From: a candidate division WOR-3 bacterium
GTDB taxonomy: Bacteria; Hydrothermota; Hydrothermia; B15-G9; WFZT01
Assembly: GCA_027053075.1 (NCBI GenBank)
Contig: JALUEE010000033.1
Location: 45,781 to 109,780, forward strand
Reading direction: 5' to 3'
DNA length: 64,000 nucleotides
Part shown: positions 9,621 to 19,000 of the stretch, in pieces
Position numbering within the stretch: the stretch's first letter is position 1
How the letters are laid out: the number at the start of each line of letters is the position of its first letter
Position numbers and translations under genes: made by a program
Notes under the pieces: model-generated
What the model was told of the DNA's origin: nothing
Databases searched by the model: none
The model's input: only the letters and a program-made list of their open reading frames with translations

Positions 9621-10102
9621 AGGTACTTCTCCTTTGCGTAGTTTAAAAGGCCACCATACTGGATTATTTCCTTGATAAATTCAGGAAATGGCCGGGATTT
9701 CAAAACCTTATCACCCACCTTAATCTCTCCCTTATCGAGATCAACTTCAATTTCATCGCCCGTTTTGACAATGTCGTATATTTCACTGTTTTCCAGAATG
9801 GGGAGGCCAATATTGATGGAATTTCTGTAAAAGATACGGGCAAAGCTTTTTGCAATAACAAGTGCCACTCCTGAAGCCTTGATGGCAAGTGGAGCGTGCT
9901 CACGTGAGGAACCCATTCCGAAACTCTCTCCAGCAACAATGATGTCACCGGGCTGAACCTTGCCTGCAAATTCCGGGTCAATATCTTCCATACAATGTTT
10001 CGCGAGCTCTTTTTCGTCTGTTGTGTTTAAATACCTTGCAGGGATGATAACGTCAGTGTCAACGTTATCACCAAATTTCCATACTCTCCCTTTGATTTTC
10101 AT
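9617..10102 (-). CDS. leuD: 3-isopropylmalate dehydratase small subunit
   Basis: 161 aa. [15 protein letters not shown] and GSSREHAP are LeuD / aconitase swivel-domain motifs. It sits between leuC and leuB. Confidence 0.9.
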   Translation of the reverse strand: MKIKGRVWKFGDNVDTDVIIPARYLNTTDEKELAKHCMEDIDPEFAGKVQPGDIIVAGESFGMGSSREHAPLAIKASGVALVIAKSFARIFYRNSINIGLPILENSEIYDIVKTGDEIEVDLDKGEIKVGDKVLKSRPFPEFIKEIIQYGGLLNYAKEKYL

Positions 10103-10105
10103 TTT

Positions 10106-11380
10106 TTACCTCCCGATGTACTCAGGTGATACAATTTTACCAGCGATGGCTGATGCTGCGGCCACTGCAGGATTTGTGAGATAGACCTCAGATTCCACAT
10201 GACCCATTCTGCCCCGGAAATTCCTGTTGGTAGTGGAAACGGCGCGCTCGTGAGGAGCAAGGACTCCCATGTGCCCACCAAGACACGGCCCACAGGTAGG
10301 AGGTGACACAACACCACCTGCATCAAGGAAAGTTTCAATATAGCCTCTCTTCAGTGCTTCTTTGTAAATTGCAGGTGTTGCAGGAAAGACCAGTAATCTT
10401 ACCTTGTCGGCGACTTTGTGACCTTTAAGGATTTCTGCTGCAATGGCAAGGTCTGAAATTCTACCATTTGTGCACGAGCCAATTACCACCTGATCAATCT
10501 TTATATCCATTTTTTCTACATCGTAAATGGCCTTTGCATTCTCTGGCAGATGGGGAAAAGCAACCTGTGGAACTATGTCTTCTGCTCTAAATTCATAAAT
10601 TTTCTCGTATTCTGCATCCTCATCAGATTTATAAACAGTATAGTCCGGACGTTCTTTTCTTTCCTCAACATACTGAATGGTCTTCTCGTCGGGCTCGATT
10701 ATTCCCGTCTTTGCTCCAGCCTCAATTGCCATGTTGCAGATGGTAAAGCGGTTATCCATATTCAGGTTTTTTATGGTATCTCCAGTAAACTCCATCACTC
10801 GATAGTTAGCTCCACTTACGCCAATTTTACCGATTATGTAGAGGATGATATCCTTACCACCGGACCATTTGGGAAGTTTACCATTGATAACAAACTTCAT
10901 GGTCTCGGGCACCCTGAGCCAAACTTTGCCAGTAATCCAGGCAAAGGTCAGGTCTGTTGAGCCCACACCCGTTGAAAATGCACCAAGAGCTCCATAGGTA
11001 CATGTATGCGAATCTGCACCTACGATAAGGTCTCCTGGGAGCACCACGCCCTTCTCTGGTAAAAGTGCATGCTCTATACCAACCTCTCCGACCTCGTAAT
11101 GATGTGTGATACCGTGCTCTTTCGCAAAATTCCGCATGGACTGGGTAATTATAGCGGTCTTGATATCTTTATTGGGCGTGTAGTGATCAGGAATCAATCC
11201 AATCTTCTCCGGATCAAACACCTTCTTTGCACCTATCTCATTGAACTGCTTAATAGAAAGAGCCGCGGTGATATCGTTTCCAAAGGCGAAATCAACGTCA
11301 ACTAAATAAATCTCCCCGGGTTCAACGTGATCCACCCCCGCGTGTTTCGCAATTATTTTCTGGGCAATTGTTTGACCCAT
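10106..11380 (-). CDS. leuC: 3-isopropylmalate dehydratase large subunit (short, archaeal-type length)
   Basis: 424 aa. Aconitase-family Fe-S ligand regions are present: [23 protein letters not shown] and CGPCLG. SD AAGGAGG lies upstream of the ATG. Confidence 0.9.
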   Translation of the reverse strand: MGQTIAQKIIAKHAGVDHVEPGEIYLVDVDFAFGNDITAALSIKQFNEIGAKKVFDPEKIGLIPDHYTPNKDIKTAIITQSMRNFAKEHGITHHYEVGEVGIEHALLPEKGVVLPGDLIVGADSHTCTYGALGAFSTGVGSTDLTFAWITGKVWLRVPETMKFVINGKLPKWSGGKDIILYIIGKIGVSGANYRVMEFTGDTIKNLNMDNRFTICNMAIEAGAKTGIIEPDEKTIQYVEERKERPDYTVYKSDEDAEYEKIYEFRAEDIVPQVAFPHLPENAKAIYDVEKMDIKIDQVVIGSCTNGRISDLAIAAEILKGHKVADKVRLLVFPATPAIYKEALKRGYIETFLDAGGVVSPPTCGPCLGGHMGVLAPHERAVSTTNRNFRGRMGHVESEVYLTNPAVAAASAIAGKIVSPEYIGR

Positions 11381-11512
11381 GACAACCTCCTTACAGATTT
11401 AAACAGTTTATTATAAAGGGTGAGTGTGATGGATTGCCTTTCGCGCTTGGCAGGTTCCACAGCGACAAATTGAGTTGTCAAGTCCTGGAAAGTTCTGGCT
11501 AATAAAAATATT

Positions 11513-11544
11513 CCTCTCCCCGCATAAATATTGGCGGGGAGAGG
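11513..11544 (-). terminator. Terminator-like hairpin in the leuC / chrA divergent spacer
   Basis: The minus strand reads CCTCTCCCCGC-10 nt-GCGGGGAGAGG followed by AAUAUUUUUAUU. It lies ~130 nt upstream of the leuC ATG and upstream of a perfect TATAAT. Its role (insulator, attenuator or REP-like) is unresolved. Confidence 0.35.
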
Positions 11545-11652
11545 AGTAAGGAGAGGGGCTAAATATTTCACTTTCCTCAGAAAATCCTCACCCATCTACA
11601 GAATGTTTTCCATCTTAAATTTTAATTTTCAAGCGGAATGCCCCTCCCAAAA

Positions 11653-11686
11653 CCCAACCCCATTTGCAAAGCAAGTGGGGGTTGGG
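11653..11686 (-). repeat. GC-rich hairpin (CCCAACCCC / GGGGTTGGG)
   Basis: 9-bp arms with a 16-nt loop. On the minus strand it is followed by UUUUGGG. No upstream gene on that strand lies within the spacer. Confidence 0.3.
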
Positions 11687-11844
11687 AAAACTTAGATCAT
11701 GCCGTTTCGCAGATGTGTTAATAGAGAATGAATCTTCGAACCGACTCAGTCTTGACAGTCTTCACGGAAGGGGGTCAATATATAGGAAAGTATGTGCAAT
11801 TTTAAAAGATTAGTTTGTGATGAAGGTTCATCAAAGGAGAACGG

Positions 11845-13029
11845 ATGGAGAAGAATAAAACGATTACTGTTTCCCCGTTAAAACTCGCACTTTCGTTCCT
11901 GAAAATAGGCCTCACTGCCTACGGGATTGCCATTCTTCAGCAGATGAGGGCAACTATTTTAGGTAACAGATGGCTTTCCCCTGAAAAATTTGAGGAAGGC
12001 CTTGCTATGGTTCAGCTCTATCCAGGCCCCATTATGTTTGACCTTGGCACCTATTCCGCCTATGAAATCTGTGGATTCACCTGTGCTGCCCTCGCCATGT
12101 TCTCCTTCCTTCTCCCTTCATATCTCCTGATGGTAGCACTCTCCTACGTTTACTTCAAATTTGGCAACGTCTCGTGGATTCACCCTTTATTTCTCGCCCT
12201 TGAAGCCATGGTTGTGGGTGTAATTACTCATATTTTTATCGACTTTGTCAAAAAATATGCCCTCAGCTGGCAGGGGATTCTGATCGCAACTCTCTCCTTT
12301 GTCTTAATGATCTTTCAGGTGAGTGCTATCCTTATAATCTTCCTCGCTGCCCTGCTTTCCATGATCATTATTACGAAAATTAAAAATCCTCGAAAGAATG
12401 TGAAAGCTTTTGAAACTTCATCTCACACTGGAAGTATCGAGAAAGTTGGTTTTGGAGCGACTGCACTCGTATTCGTTGGTTTAATTGTACTCACTATCAT
12501 CTCTCCAAAGGGCTCTGCTGCCGCTCTTACAACCTCTATGTTCAAAATCGGAGCAGTGGCCTTTGGAAATGCCTTCACCATCATGCCCCTGATGCAGCAG
12601 GAGGTGGTCTCAATTCATCACTGGCTAACCCTGAAGCAGTTTTCGGACGGAATAGCCCTTGGGCAAATAACCCCAGGTCCATTTTTGATCACAGCCGTAT
12701 TCATTGGCTATAAAGTTTCGGGAATCCCGGGAAGTGCCCTTGCTGCATTCGCAATATTCTTCCCGAGTTTTTTCTATACCCTTATCGCAACCCTCACCTA
12801 TGCAAAGATCAGAAACAACATGTATGTAAAAAAGGCTATAAAAGGCATTCTATCCGCGTTTACCGGCATGCTACTTTATGTTTTGATAAGTATTGGAAAG
12901 TTTTCGCTTAAAAACCCAGTCGCCATCATCTGGGCCCTATGGGCATTTGTAGCGGTCCGATTTCTGAAGCTAAACCTGCTGTGGGTTTTCTTTATCGGAC
13001 TCACCTTCACCGTTTTCTTTTACATCTAA
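11845..13029 (+). CDS. chrA: Chromate transporter (CHR family, duplicated-domain form)
   Basis: 394 aa and polytopic. The hallmark CHR motifs occur in both halves: FLKIGLTAYG...LYPGP and GQITPGPFLITAVFIGY. Confidence 0.85.
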   Translation: MEKNKTITVSPLKLALSFLKIGLTAYGIAILQQMRATILGNRWLSPEKFEEGLAMVQLYPGPIMFDLGTYSAYEICGFTCAALAMFSFLLPSYLLMVALSYVYFKFGNVSWIHPLFLALEAMVVGVITHIFIDFVKKYALSWQGILIATLSFVLMIFQVSAILIIFLAALLSMIIITKIKNPRKNVKAFETSSHTGSIEKVGFGATALVFVGLIVLTIISPKGSAAALTTSMFKIGAVAFGNAFTIMPLMQQEVVSIHHWLTLKQFSDGIALGQITPGPFLITAVFIGYKVSGIPGSALAAFAIFFPSFFYTLIATLTYAKIRNNMYVKKAIKGILSAFTGMLLYVLISIGKFSLKNPVAIIWALWAFVAVRFLKLNLLWVFFIGLTFTVFFYI

Positions 13030-16000
13030 TTCAGCATGATCAATTTCCTGATTAAAACCTTCCCTTGAGCTTTAACTTTAATAAAATAAACACCTTCTTT
13101 AAGGTTACCCCTAAGCTCGTAAGTCTTTATCCCTGGAGTAAAACTCTCGATCTTCTTGAAAATTGCTCTACCACCTGCATCATAGACCACAATCTCGACA
13201 TCTTCGCTTTTTGGAATAGAAAAGGTCAGTTTTGCGCTGTTGTGGGCCGGATTGGGGGCAACACTAAGGTCAAATCTGTGAGGAATTATATCGGATTCTC
13301 CAACATTTACGAGTATCACCCTGAAGTGGTAGATACTGTCCTCTGGATCATAGGCCTCGTTGGGGTCGTGGGCATTGTCTATTGCGTAAATAAAGTAGTT
13401 TACCGTCGTTGTGTCCTGAACCTGCGGGATAAATGCATGGTAAAAGTTTGCCGTATCGAGAACCATATCCAGACTGTCGAAAATTCGTGGCGATTCACCA
13501 AAGGCATAGAAGAGCCTCACTGCCCTCAGCCCATTTTCATCAAATACACGGGTTCTGATCTCATAGGGCCCCATAAAGCTTGTATCGTGCCATATAGTTG
13601 TGGACTCGATAACTGGTGGTGTAACATCAATGGCAAAAGTCCAGACATCTGAAGAGCTCCAGTTGCCTGCGTCATCGTATGCCTTCACCCACCAGGTGTA
13701 CCACCCTTCATGTAGAGTGGTCTCGTAATAGTAACTTGTATCTGAAATTTCAGCAAAAATTGTGGTATCCGTTGAGTCTGCGAGATAAAGTTCATAGAAA
13801 GTTTGCTTGTTACCATCCTTTTTAACCAATTTCTCTGTGGGATGCCAGCAGAACCAAACTCCGTAAGGATCAGAGGAAATGCTCGAATCTTCTGGGAAAA
13901 TGAGCACCACAGGCTCAGGTGGGATCGTGTCCACGTAGAAAACCGCAATCTCGCTGAAACTCACATTCCCCGCGCTATCATAACTCCTTACCTGCCAGTA
14001 CCATTCTCCATTTCCTATAGAGGTAAGCATATAGGTGGTATCCATCATGGTTGTGTCAATTTCTGGATTCATCATATCCGGGTTGTCTGCAATGAGAAAA
14101 CGATAACCGGCAAGTCCACTAAGTGTGTCGTGTGACGGCATCCAGCTGAACTGATAGGGGAAAGATGTGATATAATAACCGTACCCGGGATAAAGCAAGA
14201 TGGAAGCTGTCGGTGGCTCATTGTCCACCCTGAAGCTATCCCTAAGCGACCAATCTGAAGTCCTGCCTCCATATAATGTCCTCACATGCCATGTATATGA
14301 ACCAGTGGGCAATGTCACAATAGCTGAGTCCTCGCTCACCGTATCCCTTATTAACGGGTACCCATTAACCATCACCTCCACTATGTATGAAAGAGTGTCC
14401 TTCGTTGATACCTGCCATCTCAGTGTCACCGGACTCCTCGTCCATGTGTTTCCAATAGGTGAAACCAATGTTGGCACCGGGAGTGGTGCATAGTGGTGGA
14501 AAATACGAATACCACTCGGAGACATATTCCCCACACTATCAAAACTCTCCACCATCCAGTACCAGTCTCCATAGTTAAGGGAGGTGAGAGTGAATGTCGT
14601 ATCAGAGAGTGTGGTATCAACAACAGGGTTTGCCATGCTGTCATTATCCGCAACAAGAAGTCGGTACCCTGCAAGACCTGCTAAAGTATCAGTTGATGAT
14701 GACCAGATAAAGTGGATAGTTCCACTGATTGTATCTTCATCTGGAGGTGAAATGAGATTTGGTGAAGTCGGACCTGTGGTGTCTCCTACGAGCATCCACG
14801 GTGAGGTCCACTGGCTTGAATTACCCTGATAATCAACCTCTCTCACGCGCCAGAGGAGCCTGCCTTCAGGAATATTTAATGTCAGCGTTGTATCCGCAAG
14901 CGTGTCATCATAAAAAGTGCTCGTGAAACTGGAATCATTTAAAGAAAGCTGGAAATTGAAGAATCGATTGGACTTATTCCTCAGCTCTAACGTTTTTCTC
15001 AGCCTAACAATTTCTGTTTTTACGAAATTCTTACTGCCCGATCTCCATACAAACTGCATATTCTGGAGATTGTTGGTCATTGAATCGTTGTGAGGTAAAA
15101 CCAGCTCTGGAACAGGTAAAATATGCCTTATTACAAACCAGGCCGTATCAGAAACTGCCACGTTACATGCACTATCAAAGGCAGTAATAGCGAAATAAAA
15201 TGTCCCGGTGGTGAGGATTAGGGTCGCTGTGGTATCGGTTGCCTCAATCATCCCAGATGCCGCGCCCCAGTAATTTAGCTGATACATCCGTATTCCAAAG
15301 TTGTCAGATGAGCTCGACCATATTACCGTTACCGTATCATTGTACAGGGTGTCATTTTGAGGGGATATAATGGCGGGTGCCGATGGTTTTGTTGTATCAA
15401 CGGCAAATCTTGCTGGATCTGACCAATCTGATGTGCCAGCCTGATTGGAAGCACGCACATGCCAGTAAAAATGTCCCTCGGGGAGAGTCATCAAAGCCGT
15501 TGTATCCGTGGTTACAAGCGTATCAATCACATTGTTGAAAAAGCTATCCGTGGCTATTTGCAGAGTGTAGTTTACACTGGTCTTCTTATCTGGTGCTTCA
15601 TCGGCCCTGGCTATACTTTCAATGGCTTTGAACACTTTTACCCCCGGTGACCAGACAAATCTCACCGTGTCGTAATTAAAAATTGTGTCAAGTGGTGCAA
15701 GTATTTGAGGCACAGGTGGTGGATTTAGAATTCCCACATAAAAATGCAGTGTATCACTGTACCTCTGGTCAAGCAGACTATCTTCTGCAACAACAAACCA
15801 CCAATGCCATCCGTTTTGAAGATTAAAATCCACCTGCCATATCGTATCAGTTACCGTTGCCACCATCTGGCTATCAATAAACACGTGATAGCCGGTTATA
15901 CTTGAAAGTATGTCAGTTGCCTGGTGCCAGATAAGGTTGATGGTGTCACTGGTTCCAAAAGTACTTGAGTCGGAGGGTGAGATAAGATTAAAGTGGCTAA

Positions 16001-19000
16001 TCCCATTCATTATCCTTATACCATCTGTGGGGTCACTTTCGCTGCTGAGTCCAACTTTGTTGTAGGCAACAACCTTTGCATAGTATGTTGAATCACCCCT
16101 GAGGTTCATGGGACCTACGCGGTAAGACCTTACATTTGGTGGGACGTTGAATCGATAAAGGACATTCTGAACACTCGGGTCTCCTGATATTTTTATCACA
16201 AAACTATCGAGAAGCGATTCATAATCTCCATAGCAGGTCCAGCTAAAAGACAGGGAATCGTGGCTTGGAGTCAAATCTCCCTCATCACGTACATTTATAG
16301 GTCTGAAAGGTGGAGTTGTGTCAATGATACAGGTACCACGCAGAATCGAAGTTTTACCGTAATTGTCAAGAAGTTTTACGTAAAGTGCCACAGGCCCCAC
16401 TCTGTTGAAAATGTAACTCGTCTCGGCATCAAACGGCATCCATGGGGTCCAATCCCGCATATTTGTTGAGAACTTCATGCTATCCACAGTAACTGTCTTG
16501 TTTTTGTACTTATCCAGGTCAATATAGACAGAGACCGTTTCTGAGGCCTCAAATCCACTTCCAAGGTAAACATTTCCAGAAGGTCCCGATGGATCGTAGT
16601 CAATGGTGATTGCGGGTGGATGATATTCATTTCCAGCTTTGTCTTTGAAAGTTACACTTATGGTCCTTGGACCTACAGCTCCTGAATCTACATTGTAAAT
16701 AACGGTGAATGGTGCTGTAATGGGAAACGGGTACAATGAATTATTTATCCTGTAAGAAGACATTCCACTTCCACCATCAATGGCATAAATGTTTAAAGTA
16801 CACTCTGTTGTCTCAAGGAATGGTGCATGGTTCAAGAGTGTCACCCACCCGGTATCAGGAGGTGTAGTGTCTACTATTATGTCGTCGTGATAACTTCTTA
16901 CCTGACTTGCCGTTTTCACTTCTGCATAAACAGTTCTCCTCCCCTCTCCTGCAAGGAGGTTCCAGTTGGGATAGGATGAGCTGTAAGGAATCCAGCCGGT
17001 ACCTGTGGCAAATTGTGGATCATTTGAGATTCTCATTGAATCTGGAGCACCCATGACACGAAATCCCATATCATAGCCACAGGGGTACCAGTAAAGTCCC
17101 TTCTTCATGGGACTGTAATAGAGGTGCCCCTCTGTGTAGTTCGTATCGGACCCCACTGCCACGTGTATGTTGTTCTGATACTCGCCAAGTGAATCCTGAA
17201 AGATTGCTATAAAGTAAACCGTATCAGAGTCAACTGAAATTGGGGTTGGTAATTGTATAGTGAGCCATCCACCTACATCCTCATGCAGGGTATCAAGGAA
17301 CAGTGGTTGATATGGTGAATGTTCACCATCAACCACAGTATCGGAGTAAATTCCCACCTTTGCTCCTGAGTCCGCATTGTCAATACATATACTGAACGCA
17401 CCTATTCTATCAGAATGGGGGATAAAGGATTGGGCAAGTGGATACTCCCCAAAAGATTCACTTATAGTCGAATTTGATGCCAATATTCCAATAGCATTTA
17501 TGGTCAAATCTACCGTGGAAGAATTTGTAAATGTGGAGTCGTCATTTATGGTGAGTTTTCCATAGTAATCAAGCAGGATAGCAGAGGATACCGGATAGTG
17601 TGGCGAGACCCCAAGAGAATCGGTAAAAATTACGTTTATCAGGTGATTCCCGCTTGATCCAGAAAGGGTGTAGGAATAAGTAGAACCTGATGAGTAAGGA
17701 TACGTTACTGTTCTATTACCACTCTCGTAGATAGTTATTGACTTCACCGGTACCAGTGTGGATTCTATCGTCACATCTGTAATGCTTATCGTTGGATTCA
17801 GGGTTGAGGAATCGCCATTGTTTATAGAGAATGTCCCAATAGGTCCTGTCTGATCCACGGTCACAACCTTCATGATTGAGTCACTCACATTGCCCGCAAG
17901 GTCGGAAAATCTTACCCAGATGGTATCAATCTCGTTATTATATGTTCTCGTGTGCATGGTCCAGTTAACTGAGTAATCAAATCCATTGCCATAATCAAAG
18001 GTTTGCCACGTACTTCCATTATCCCTGACAATAACCTGCGAAGGTGGAAGTGTGTCTCCAAACTGGGTGAATGTATCCATTGCCGTAAAGTAAATTACCG
18101 TGTTCTTGGTAATTACATTTGAAATATTGACCGTTCCCACAGGTGGAATTGAGTCAATATTTGTCAATGTATGATTCAAGATGAGAGTATCAAAATTTGT
18201 AAGATAAACGGGAATACTATCAATCCTGTAACCTGGTTTATAAAATCTTACGTAGTACGGTGAGCCTGAAATACCGGCATTAGCAGGTACGTTGTCAATT
18301 TCGTAATGACCTAATGAATCCGTATAAGCATAGAAAAAAGTCCCCAGCACAACCTGTGTGGATTCAGCCGGGTTGCCGTGATCATCAAGGACCGTACCTT
18401 TAACAGCAGATTTGCCCAGGATTGGAATGTAAATCCAGAAAGGATCAGTTGACACCGTATCCATATCAACATACCTTGTAGAGTTGGCGTACAATCCCCT
18501 GTGATTGCTGTCCGGGATGGCTGTTATATTCACTTCCGCATCGTGGGGTATAAAAGCCACCCATCTATCCCAGTAGTTAAAGGTGGTATCAGGAACAGCT
18601 CGCTCAGCATATCCCTGTCCCCAGGCAACGGCCAAAACCTGACCAAACATCGAATCTGCCGGCGTAATCGTATCACCTGTAGTCTGATCAATAAGGGCAA
18701 TCAATGTAGTAATCCTGTGCTTTCTCACAAATACATTGATTATCAGCGTATCGTTATGTGGATTGGGATCATGTTCGGTGCTGTCAGGAATGATAATGAC
18801 CTTAATTTGAGCATTACCTTCATGAATCCACTGGGGGCCAACCCATGCTATATCGTCATGCCCTCCCGGTGGTATGGTGACAAACCCACGTCTATCCTCT
18901 ACATAGGTGCTATCCGGGAATATGAATTTTACCACGTATCCGTGAGAAGTGATGTTCCCTTTATTCCTGACCTTTAAACCAACACCTGTACGTCCCCCAA

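Noticed and set aside
11353-11595. An 80-aa ORF upstream of and overlapping leuC, considered as a leucine leader peptide
   Set aside because: Leu content in the first 20 codons (5 of 20) is not clearly above background. The ORF has no stop near the hairpin and overlaps leuC by 28 nt. A strong TATAAT for leuC lies downstream of the hairpin.
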